Below, piece after piece: positions 18,919 to 27,260 of a DNA stretch of 64,000 bases; within the stretch, counting starts at the first letter, position 1, and each line of letters begins with the position of its first letter. Source of the stretch: a bacterium (GTDB taxonomy: Bacteria; Patescibacteriota; Microgenomatia; UBA8517); assembly GCA_030583725.1 (NCBI GenBank), contig CP129472.1, positions 270,958 through 334,957 of the forward strand. The letters run 5' to 3'. Both the position numbers and the translations under genes were made by a program. The notes beneath the pieces were generated by a model. That model had not been told where the DNA came from and did not search any database. It saw only the letters and a program-made list of their open reading frames with translations.

Positions 18919-19698
18919 TCATTTTTTAACCCAAACATAAAAACCTGCGCTCAATAAGTTGGGAGAGAGTTTAACTATTAACGACCTTATTTTTCTAGGT
19001 AGAACAGTGTTAAATAGTTTCCAAATGATTTTTAGAAACTCTACAACGTAGTAGTTAGTTTCAAGTTGCCGATGATAACTAATAACCATTTCTGGTTGAC
19101 TATAATGAGCAAGGGTACCAAAATCCCAAAATTCTTTGACTATTTTTAACTTTGCCTTTCTAATCATTTTTTGAAAACCGTTCCAAGTAAAAAACCTCAG
19201 GTGCATATAGTCCCATTCTTCAAAAAGCTTGGTATGATCATGACCCAACGTCTTCCATATTAAATTCTTTCCCAACAAATTTCTCAATCTAAAAGTGATA
19301 TAAAAATGATTTGGCACACTTAGAACTATATAGCCAGTTTTTTTCGTCACTCTTCTTAATTCCTCAAGTAAAAGAAGTGGATTCTCTATGTGCTCAAGAA
19401 TATCCTTTGCAACGACTACATCGAATTCGTCGTCTTTATATTGTATTTTCTTGTTTATACGCGACACTACTGTCTTAACATTAAATTTCTTAGCTATAGA
19501 GGTGGCCCGGGCTGAAATATCAATTCCATGAACGTCGTTCGCAACTGCTAAATATTTTGTATCTCTTGCTGTACCAACACCAACTACAAGTATTTTGTTA
19601 CCCTTTAAACTTTTTGAATCAGTGATTTTGTAGTCAGGTAAATCAATGTCGACATATTTCTTGTCTTTGTATATTGAATTGTAAATCTTGTCCTGCAT
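18919..19698 (-). CDS. Class I SAM-dependent methyltransferase
   Basis: 259 aa. ILVVGVGTARDT (motif I-like) ... DVVVAKDILEHIENP ... TGYIVLSVPN. Confidence 0.65.
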   Translation of the reverse strand: MQDKIYNSIYKDKKYVDIDLPDYKITDSKSLKGNKILVVGVGTARDTKYLAVANDVHGIDISARATSIAKKFNVKTVVSRINKKIQYKDDEFDVVVAKDILEHIENPLLLLEELRRVTKKTGYIVLSVPNHFYITFRLRNLLGKNLIWKTLGHDHTKLFEEWDYMHLRFFTWNGFQKMIRKAKLKIVKEFWDFGTLAHYSQPEMVISYHRQLETNYYVVEFLKIIWKLFNTVLPRKIRSLIVKLSPNLLSAGFYVWVKK

Positions 19699-19699
19699 T

Positions 19700-20512
19700 C
19701 TATAAAGTTTTTAAATACAATATCCTAAAATAATTATTAATCTTATGTGTATATACAAAAATTACATTCTTTGAATGTTTTCTGACAATCTTTATATCCA
19801 TACTAAACAGCTCGTTGTACATAACAGAACTGATACTACCTTCACTAATTCTGAATTTTGACAAATACATGTCAATTACAACTGGCATTTGATCTTTTCC
19901 AATTTTTAACCACATATCATATTCCATAACTGCAAATTTTGTTCCAGTAAATAAACCATATTTTCTAAGTGCTTTTTTAGTTAGAAAGACCGATGGTTGC
20001 ATAAGATAGTTGGTCATAAGCAAGAGGTTGTACAAATTAAATTTCAACAAAAAACTTTTGTAAACTGTTGCAATTTTTGCAATTTCAATATCATTTTCAT
20101 CAATTACAATTCCTTTTCCAGCAAACCACAAAGCATTTGGATTTTCTTTGTAATACTCAGCCACTGTAAAAAGTGCATCTTTTTCATATACATCATCTGC
20201 ATTGATAAAAGTTACTATTTCCCCTTTTGCTTTCTTTAGTCCCTTATTTATAGCATCTAGTTGCCCATCATCTTTTTTTGAAACAAACTTAATTAATTTA
20301 GGGTATTTCTTTGCATATTTTTTAATTATGTCAAGTGTTCCATCTGTTGACCCTCCATCTTGAATTATTACTTCTACTCTAACATTTTTTTGAGTCACAA
20401 TAGACCGGAGTGTTTTTTCTATATATTTAACTTTATTATATGAAGGAATGATAATGGAGATTAAGGGATACATATTATCTAAGTGTATAGTATGTTGACC
20501 TACCTCCGCCAT
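19700..20512 (-). CDS. Glycosyltransferase family 2
   Basis: ISIIIPSYNKVKYI ... IQDGGSTDGT ... INADDV. The true start is probably the internal Met of MYPLISIIIP (about 20473), which removes the overlap with fic. Confidence 0.85.
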   Translation of the reverse strand: MAEVGQHTIHLDNMYPLISIIIPSYNKVKYIEKTLRSIVTQKNVRVEVIIQDGGSTDGTLDIIKKYAKKYPKLIKFVSKKDDGQLDAINKGLKKAKGEIVTFINADDVYEKDALFTVAEYYKENPNALWFAGKGIVIDENDIEIAKIATVYKSFLLKFNLYNLLLMTNYLMQPSVFLTKKALRKYGLFTGTKFAVMEYDMWLKIGKDQMPVVIDMYLSKFRISEGSISSVMYNELFSMDIKIVRKHSKNVIFVYTHKINNYFRILYLKTL

Positions 20513-21512
20513 TACGAGAAATTATACCCATATCAATTAAGTCATTGAAATCCTTTACCCTTGACGCTTTTGATCTTTTAACTAATTTTGAATAGTCGGT
20601 GTTAGTAATGAAACCCTTATTCTTAATGTATTCAATAATATTTTGATGATACTTTTCAAGTTTATTTTTTGGATTTCCAATATAATCTGGCAATACATTT
20701 TTAACTCTAATAAGTTCATCAATGATTCCACCAGTAAAATACTCAAGCCAGTTTGTAAAATTTATTCTATCTTTTATCTCGTAATAATCTCCAAACTCAC
20801 CGACGTTTTGAAAATACTTGGTTACATTTTGATTGTAATAATTTTCAAAGCTGAATAATTTAAATGTATTAAGACCCATATTTGCCAATAGAAACTTTGT
20901 GATCAATCTGGTGGTTCGGCCGTTTCCGTCCATAAAAGGATGAATTATTACCATCTGTTTATGAAGCAAACCTGCTAATATCAAAGGGTCAATACTATTT
21001 ATATTTTTATTAATAAACGTGACCAAATTAAGCATTAATGAATCGACATCTTTAAAGTCTGGTGGTATATATACCACCTTATTAACTCTGGGGTCGTTGA
21101 CAACGACAGGCTTGTTTCTTAATTTACCAACTTCATTTTCTTCTAATAGATTTTGTGTCACTTCCCTGTGTATCTTTAGTATCAAATCTACATCAATTTG
21201 GACAACTTTATTATCAATTAGTTTATCCAGATTTTCTAAAGCGTGATTATAATTTAAAACTTCTGTTTCAGAATCTCTTAAATTAGAAGGTTTGTTCTTA
21301 ATGAGTTCTATTACTGCAGTAAGAGGTAAGGGATTACCTTCAATACTTGTGGATGCGTGGGCTGAGACTTCTCTTGCTTTTCTTTGAAACTCAACCAAAA
21401 CAACGTGCGTAAATCTTGTGTTATTTAATTCATTTATTAAACTATTTATTCGCTTTATATTTTCTAGTAATTGATGAGAAATTGTATATGAAGGATTAAA
21501 CATTGTAGTCAA
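20475..21512 (-). CDS. fic: Fic/Doc-family protein (class II Fic with an N-terminal inhibitory motif)
   Basis: 345 aa. Canonical Fic active-site motif HPFMDGNGRTTR (HPFx[DE]GNGR). The upstream TSIEGN fits the [ST]xxxE[GN] inhibitory-helix motif. A C-terminal winged-helix-like tail follows. The ORF track start is TTG at 21512, and an ATG follows at the MFNPSY residue. Confidence 0.88.
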   Translation of the reverse strand: MTTMFNPSYTISHQLLENIKRINSLINELNNTRFTHVVLVEFQRKAREVSAHASTSIEGNPLPLTAVIELIKNKPSNLRDSETEVLNYNHALENLDKLIDNKVVQIDVDLILKIHREVTQNLLEENEVGKLRNKPVVVNDPRVNKVVYIPPDFKDVDSLMLNLVTFINKNINSIDPLILAGLLHKQMVIIHPFMDGNGRTTRLITKFLLANMGLNTFKLFSFENYYNQNVTKYFQNVGEFGDYYEIKDRINFTNWLEYFTGGIIDELIRVKNVLPDYIGNPKNKLEKYHQNIIEYIKNKGFITNTDYSKLVKRSKASRVKDFNDLIDMGIISRNGGGRSTYYTLR

Positions 21513-21548
21513 ATAATAGTCGAATAATAGACGGATGTCAAGTACGGA

Positions 21549-21875
21549 TTATTTCTCTTTCAATGCCAGCTTACGAACCAACTCTTCAATCTTTTTTTCT
21601 AATTTATTGACCCTAATGTATGCAGATGAGACCATTATAAATAAAACTATAAAAGCTCCCCCAATTAGAAGATCCAAGACTCTAGAAATTGCAAAACTAG
21701 CTGCATATACTCTAATGATCTCTGGGAAAACTATGATTAAGATTACAGCTACCCATATACCTATCCAACTAGCTATTTCCATACCACTCAAGTTGCCCTT
21801 TTTATAATGCAAAACTGCAAAATAAATCATTGTTAATGAAAAAAGTATTCCTGTTATTTGTAGACCTAAAATCAT
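21549..21875 (-). CDS. DUF2304-family small membrane protein (GT2-associated)
   Basis: 108 aa with 3 to 4 helices and a C-terminal LEKKIEELVRKLALKEK tail. It matches the DUF2304 pattern (FAVLHYKKG ... ELVR.LAL..K) and lies immediately downstream of a DPM1-like GT2, which is the usual pairing. Confidence 0.75.
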   Translation of the reverse strand: MILGLQITGILFSLTMIYFAVLHYKKGNLSGMEIASWIGIWVAVILIIVFPEIIRVYAASFAISRVLDLLIGGAFIVLFIMVSSAYIRVNKLEKKIEELVRKLALKEK

Positions 21876-21894
21876 AGATTTAAAAAATTTTTTT

Positions 21895-22566
21895 CTATTT
21901 TATATATATTTTCCAATAAACTAAGTTAAGCAAGATTCCAAAAGCATCTATTATTGATACACCCTTGTAATTATCAAAGTATATAGTCTCAATAGGTATT
22001 TCACAATATTTTAAGTTTCTTTTCTTGATTCTAATTACCATCTCAGTTTCTACACCATAACCTGTTGAGTCCCATTTAATTTTGCCATATGCTTTTTTAG
22101 TTATAGCTCGAAAGCCCGATATTAGATCAGAAACATATATACCAAACATCAGATTAATAATGACTGAAGCCACCTTATTACCTATGAATCTGATAAATGG
22201 CATACCCAAGTTTAGATTCCTTGAGCCAAAAATGACTTCGTATTTACCTGTCTTTAATTTCTCAATGAATTTATGTAGGTCATTAACTGCATGTTGACCA
22301 TCTGAATCCATTAGTATTACTGCATCAGCACCATGGGAAAATGCATATTCACAACCAGTTTTTAATGCCGATCCCTTACCTAAATTAACTTTGTGATGAA
22401 GTACTGTAATATTTGGTTTCTTTATACTGTGGAGCTTTAACTTGGTAGCATCATTGCTCCCATCATCAACCACAACTGCCTCATGGCCTAACTTAGTCAG
22501 TTTACTTAAGACTATTAAAACCCCACTTCCTTCGTTATAAACAGGCAATACGATACTAACCTTCAT
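21895..22566 (-). CDS. GT2 polyprenyl-phosphate hexosyltransferase (DPM1-like)
   Basis: 223 aa. VSIVLPVYNEGSGV ... VVVDDGSNDAT ... LMDSDGQH. Confidence 0.85.
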   Translation of the reverse strand: MKVSIVLPVYNEGSGVLIVLSKLTKLGHEAVVVDDGSNDATKLKLHSIKKPNITVLHHKVNLGKGSALKTGCEYAFSHGADAVILMDSDGQHAVNDLHKFIEKLKTGKYEVIFGSRNLNLGMPFIRFIGNKVASVIINLMFGIYVSDLISGFRAITKKAYGKIKWDSTGYGVETEMVIRIKKRNLKYCEIPIETIYFDNYKGVSIIDAFGILLNLVYWKIYIK

Positions 22567-23497
22567 ATTTATTTTTTTTGTACCAATCTATTGTCTCTTT
22601 TAAACCTATTTCAAATGAAGTCTTAGCCTTAAAACCAAATTCTTTTTTAGCTTTTAAGGTAGACAACTTTCTTCTTGGCTGCCCATCTGGTTTTGTCTTG
22701 TCCCAAACTATTTTACCTTTAAAGTTAGTTAACTTTTTAATTAACCCAGCTAGATCTTTAATCGATATCTCAAAGCCTGCCCCCAAGTTTACAGGTTCTG
22801 ACTTATCATACTTCTCACAAGCCATTAAGATACCTTCTACGGCATCCTTAACATACAAAAATTCTCTAGTTGCTGTGCCTGTTCCCCAAACAACAACTTC
22901 TTTCTTGTTTGTCTTTTCTGCAGTAACAAATTTTTTAATTAAGGCAGGAATAACATGGCTTGATTTTGGATTGAAATTATCTCCTGGACCATATAAATTA
23001 ACTGGCAACAAAAAGATAGAATTAAAACCAAATTGATCCCTGTAGCTTTGTGACTGAACCAATTGCATTTTTTTAGCTAGACCATAGGGTGCATTTGTCT
23101 CCTCAGGGTATCCATTCCAAAGGCTTTCTTCTTTAAAAGGTACGGGTGTGAATTTAGGATATGCACATATTGTTCCAAGTGCTAAATATTTTTTAACTTT
23201 ATTTATTCTTGAGGCCTTCATCATAAAAGTGCCCATTAGGATATTGTCATCAAAAAGATCTGCTGGAAATTCTCTATTAAACCCTATTCCACCTACTTTT
23301 GCAGCTAGATGAATAACCAAGTCCATTCCTTTTGAAGCTTTCAGGCAATCCTCATATTTGGTTAAATCATATTCGTCACGATCAGCAACCCTAATCATTT
23401 TAGGCTTTAGTTCTTTTAGTTTTTCAATCAAATGAGTACCTAAAAAACCCTTACCCCCTGTAATTAAAACTTTTTTGTTTTTAAAATAGTTATTCAT
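22556..23497 (-). CDS. NAD(P)-dependent epimerase/reductase of the extended SDR family, GDP-L-fucose synthase (Fcl)-like
   Basis: 313 aa. VLITGGKGFLGTHL glycine-rich motif, YGLAKKM (YxxxK), and a block AAKVGGI..N..FP..F..N ... LGTICAYPKFTPVPFKEE ... ETNAPYGLAK ... PVNLYGPGDNF ... SHVIPALI ... VWGTGTATREFLYV that tracks the Fcl/WcaG consensus. Confidence 0.7.
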   Translation of the reverse strand: MNNYFKNKKVLITGGKGFLGTHLIEKLKELKPKMIRVADRDEYDLTKYEDCLKASKGMDLVIHLAAKVGGIGFNREFPADLFDDNILMGTFMMKASRINKVKKYLALGTICAYPKFTPVPFKEESLWNGYPEETNAPYGLAKKMQLVQSQSYRDQFGFNSIFLLPVNLYGPGDNFNPKSSHVIPALIKKFVTAEKTNKKEVVVWGTGTATREFLYVKDAVEGILMACEKYDKSEPVNLGAGFEISIKDLAGLIKKLTNFKGKIVWDKTKPDGQPRRKLSTLKAKKEFGFKAKTSFEIGLKETIDWYKKNKYEG

Positions 23498-23518
23498 ATA
23501 ACGTAAAAAAATACTTGT

Positions 23519-24658
23519 CTAGCTAACAAAGTAGCCCCTGAAAAATAAGATTTCAGCTAGTGTTCCCATTATAGCTAAAAATACATAAATACCAAGCCTT
23601 AAGTATTTATTGGACTTCTCAAGTAGTATTGAAGCAAAAATAAACATCGGAAATAATAACAATGCATACCTAGGAAGTGATGAAAAACTACCTGACACTG
23701 TAGGTATCAAATACCCAAATACGGAAAATAACCAGTAGTCCCAACGTATTTTTCGAAAGCTATACAAAATAACTATCAAAAATAATAAAGCAATTCCAAA
23801 TTCTAATAAAACCGTAAAGACAACAGGCGGATAACTCCAAGATAAGTTGGGTATTATTTTTGCCACATAGCGGTAAAAAACCTGAGGTAAAAGAATAATA
23901 CTGTCTGACCTCTGCTCCCCAAACAAAGTATATGCCTGATATAGTTTTATAGAACCTCCCCAATATAAAAATATATAGTACATATAAGCCAATAACCCCA
24001 AGGGGATAAAGAGCAATGACAAAAGTCGTTTGTTAATAAGTTTTCTATCCAAAAAGACATTAATTAAAAACACAGGTAATAAGGTTATACCAACAGCCCT
24101 AGTTCCAGAAGCCAGCATTCCCAAAAGTGACGCAAATAATACTTTGTTTTTCCTAAACAAGTAAAATGACCACACAGCTAGACATAAAAATAAGCTTTCA
24201 GTGTATACCGCTGCAAAATAAAAAGATGTTGGGAAAACAAGCATTAAAATGATACTTAACTTAGCTATCCTTTCTGAGTAATCCAAAGACACCAACTTGT
24301 ATAACCCTATTAAACCCAAGAAAAGTGATAAGTTTGAAATTAAAATACCACTCCAAACATAAATGTATAATTCCCTTCCAAAAAGGGACCCTATTAAATC
24401 AATTAAAAATGGGTAAAAAGGAAAATAGAACTGCTGAAGGCTTTTATACCCATAAAGTGCAATTGAAGTAAAATGCTCTCCATCAAAGTTTGCCCAACCC
24501 CAAAACAAAGGATTTTGTAAGTAGTTAACCAACTTGCCTCCAAAAAAGTTTTCCCCAAATAAAGGAACATAATAAACAGAAAACATTGCAACTAAAGTTA
24601 CTAAAACTCTCCACACAATGAAGCTTTTTAAAACGAATAAAAAATCAAATCTTTTCAT
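23519..24658 (-). CDS. Polytopic membrane protein, GT-C-like (PIG-V/DUF2029-like mannosyltransferase-type)
   Basis: 379 aa with about 10 helices. The first loop carries WANFDGEHF, which is shared with 62604..63734 (ANYDGPLY). No large soluble domain. Confidence 0.45.
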   Translation of the reverse strand: MKRFDFLFVLKSFIVWRVLVTLVAMFSVYYVPLFGENFFGGKLVNYLQNPLFWGWANFDGEHFTSIALYGYKSLQQFYFPFYPFLIDLIGSLFGRELYIYVWSGILISNLSLFLGLIGLYKLVSLDYSERIAKLSIILMLVFPTSFYFAAVYTESLFLCLAVWSFYLFRKNKVLFASLLGMLASGTRAVGITLLPVFLINVFLDRKLINKRLLSLLFIPLGLLAYMYYIFLYWGGSIKLYQAYTLFGEQRSDSIILLPQVFYRYVAKIIPNLSWSYPPVVFTVLLEFGIALLFLIVILYSFRKIRWDYWLFSVFGYLIPTVSGSFSSLPRYALLLFPMFIFASILLEKSNKYLRLGIYVFLAIMGTLAEILFFRGYFVS

Positions 24659-25607
24659 AAACCTTAATCATTTCTTTTGCAGTTTTTTCCCAACTATATT
24701 CCCTTGGTAGTTTTATCTTTTTATTAGGGTTTAATAAAGCTTTTGCTAAAGCTCTTGGGCTAGTAGGGTCTACATATCTTATTTCCTGCCCTAAAATCTC
24801 AACTAATGCTTGTGTTTTAGTCGCAACCAAAGGGGTCCCAACTGTCACAGACTCAAGAGCTGGCAACCCAAAACCTTCATATAAAGAGGGTTGTACATAT
24901 ACACTTGCAAGGTTATACAGTTTATTTATATCTTCATCACTAACGTAGCCCAACCTAGTTACATTTTTAAAATTTACTCCTTTAAGGTGTTCCAGTTCTG
25001 GGTGGTTTAAATCCATACTTTCTATTTCACTTGCCTGTTTACCTGCAATAACCAATGGTATTTTTGCAATTTCACAAGCTTTAACAAGATTTGGTATATT
25101 TTTGTTAAAGTTAATATCCCCAATGTACAATGCAAAACGTTTTGGTAAATTGAATATATTTGCAGTAGTTTTCTTTTTAAATATTTCTTTTGGTGCAAGA
25201 TAGACAACATCAACAATATTAGGGTCAACTCCCAAGAACCTGACAATATCCTTTTTACTAGTTTCAGAAATTGTGACAATTCTATCTACATACAACTTAA
25301 TTAGTAACTTATTAACAAAAAACTTAATTTTTCCCCTGACACCTGCAGGATAGTGGTCTGGATATACCAAATATATTAAGTCATGAATTGTTAAAACCAA
25401 TTTTTTAGAAGGTTTAAAAAAAGGAAGGGAAATAAAATAAGGATTAAATTTTGTGTAATGGACAATATCAGCATCCTTAGTCTCATTTGATATTTCTACC
25501 CCCCCATATCTTACAAGTGCTTTTACAAGCTCATTCGTATGCACCCCAATCCCCCTAACACTATCACCCTCGGTAACAATCTTGGGAACAAATGCAATTT
25601 TGACCAT
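24645..25607 (-). CDS. Glycosyltransferase family 4 (GT-B)
   Basis: 320 aa. YEGFGLPALESVTVGTPLV gives the E-x7-E motif of retaining GT4 enzymes. Confidence 0.85.
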   Translation of the reverse strand: MVKIAFVPKIVTEGDSVRGIGVHTNELVKALVRYGGVEISNETKDADIVHYTKFNPYFISLPFFKPSKKLVLTIHDLIYLVYPDHYPAGVRGKIKFFVNKLLIKLYVDRIVTISETSKKDIVRFLGVDPNIVDVVYLAPKEIFKKKTTANIFNLPKRFALYIGDINFNKNIPNLVKACEIAKIPLVIAGKQASEIESMDLNHPELEHLKGVNFKNVTRLGYVSDEDINKLYNLASVYVQPSLYEGFGLPALESVTVGTPLVATKTQALVEILGQEIRYVDPTSPRALAKALLNPNKKIKLPREYSWEKTAKEMIKVYEKI

Positions 25608-25637
25608 ATGAAGTAATTATACTATTAATAACTAAAA

Positions 25638-26387
25638 TTATTTAGGTTCTGGTTTGTTCCATTCTCCAAAACCATAATCTCCTGGGTAAAGTGTGTATTC
25701 CACCTCCCTGTCGGTGTCCTTAATTATCTCAACCAGTTTGTCCCCCACCCATTCAGGAGTAAAGTAGGCCTTTCCACTTTCCATATCTTTTTTCTTTTCT
25801 TCAAAGCTCATAGGTCCAAAGCTTGTTAGTGTACTACCTAGAGTAATTAAACAGAATTTAGGGTTTCCAATCCTTTTAAATTCCTCAGCCAAACTTAAAA
25901 TAAAACCCCTTAAGCCGAATTTCATTGCACAATAAAGACTTCTCCCTGACATAGGTATAACTCCAGCCCCAGAACCAATAGTTAGGACTAAGGAATCTTC
26001 TGAGGTGTTAAGACTTGGCATTAGCTCTTTAATAAAAACGAAAGTGGAAGTCAAACCAATATTTATAGTTTTGTTCCATTCATCTAGTGTAGCTAACTCA
26101 ATTGGTTTGTAAATTCCAATACCCGTAGCATTAATCAATACATCAATTTTTGAAAAATCACTTTGTATTTCTTTTGCAGTTTTTACTGTTTTTTCTTGAT
26201 CTGAAAAATCAGAAACATAATACTTACTTTCTTTATTTTCCAAACTTTTTAATAAATTAGAAAGTTCAGTTTCAGTTCTAGAAACCAAAATCAGTGTAGC
26301 ACCCTCATTATCTAATCTCTTGACAATCTCTCGTCCTATTCCACCTGTTGCTCCTGTTATGACTATAACTTTATTTTTCAATTTCAT
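25638..26387 (-). CDS. Short-chain dehydrogenase/reductase (classical SDR)
   Basis: 249 aa. VIVITGATGGIGREI (TGxxxGxG) and SLYCAMKFG (YxxxK). Confidence 0.85.
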   Translation of the reverse strand: MKLKNKVIVITGATGGIGREIVKRLDNEGATLILVSRTETELSNLLKSLENKESKYYVSDFSDQEKTVKTAKEIQSDFSKIDVLINATGIGIYKPIELATLDEWNKTINIGLTSTFVFIKELMPSLNTSEDSLVLTIGSGAGVIPMSGRSLYCAMKFGLRGFILSLAEEFKRIGNPKFCLITLGSTLTSFGPMSFEEKKKDMESGKAYFTPEWVGDKLVEIIKDTDREVEYTLYPGDYGFGEWNKPEPK

Positions 26388-27250
26388 ACTTTTTCTAGTT
26401 TATTATCTGTTACATACTTAAAGTATGCAATTGGGAAGTGCCAAGATGAGAACAAACTCCAAAGAAAACCATTTGTCCCATCTAGAATCCCTTTGTGTCT
26501 AAAATATAAATTTAAAAATGTATAGGTTGGTTTAAAAAAAACATAATTTGTAAAACCACTTAAACCTTTATTTACTTTTTCTCTAACCAACTCATTTTTT
26601 TGTAAATCAGTATATCTATTTAATCTTGCAAAATATCTTTTTAATGTTGGTGAATCATAATGCAATAAGGACTCATTTAACCACCCAACCCTACCATTTA
26701 ACTCTATTTGCTCATGGACAGACTTACAAGGAAACTTAGCATAACCATTCTTAACAAGTCTTATAACCCCATCTGGATATACTCCTGCGTGAATTAGTGG
26801 TTTTCCTAAAAACATATTCCTTCTTGGCACAAAGTAACCAACAACTTCACCAGTGTCTTTACCAATTTTTCCATCCCTCTCTTCAATAAGTTGTTGATGT
26901 TTTATAAAAAGTTTGTTTTGTGGAGAGCTATTAGTGGTAGGTCTATTATTAACAATATCTAAAATTTCTTTTGATAGTTCCCTTGTTACTACTTCATCAG
27001 CATCAAGTTGTAATATCCATTCACCAGTAGCTTTCTCAAGAGCTTTTTGTTTAGTGATATGAAAGATATCATTATGTTTTTCCAAATAGACCTTTGCCCC
27101 ATAACTCTCTGCAATTCTCTTGGTATCATCTGTTGAGTGTTCATCAAACACAATTATTTCATCTGCAATTTTTTTTACAGATTTCAAACACCTTGCAATA
27201 TTTTCCGCTTCATTCCTTGTGGCTAATACAACACTTAACTTCATATTCAT
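26384..27250 (-). CDS. Glycosyltransferase family 2 (WaaE/KdtX-like)
   Basis: 288 aa. LSVVLATRNEAENI ... IVFDEHSTDDT ... LQLDADEV. Paralogous to 46776..47504 and 47501..48403. Confidence 0.75.
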   Translation of the reverse strand: MNMKLSVVLATRNEAENIARCLKSVKKIADEIIVFDEHSTDDTKRIAESYGAKVYLEKHNDIFHITKQKALEKATGEWILQLDADEVVTRELSKEILDIVNNRPTTNSSPQNKLFIKHQQLIEERDGKIGKDTGEVVGYFVPRRNMFLGKPLIHAGVYPDGVIRLVKNGYAKFPCKSVHEQIELNGRVGWLNESLLHYDSPTLKRYFARLNRYTDLQKNELVREKVNKGLSGFTNYVFFKPTYTFLNLYFRHKGILDGTNGFLWSLFSSWHFPIAYFKYVTDNKLEKV

Positions 27251-27260
27251 ATATTTTACA

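Noticed and set aside
20475-21512. Fic as the toxin of a toxin-antitoxin or mobile module
   Set aside because: No small adjacent antitoxin ORF, no integrase, transposase or flanking inverted or direct repeats were seen. The inhibitory motif is intramolecular (class II). It is kept as a finding because of its context, but not called a mobile element or toxin-antitoxin pair
21535-21807. 90-aa plus-strand ORF as an alternative to the minus-strand 108-aa ORF in the same interval
   Set aside because: The minus-strand product matches the DUF2304 pattern (3 to 4 helices plus the ELVRKLALKEK tail) and continues the minus-strand operon. The plus-strand frame has no features
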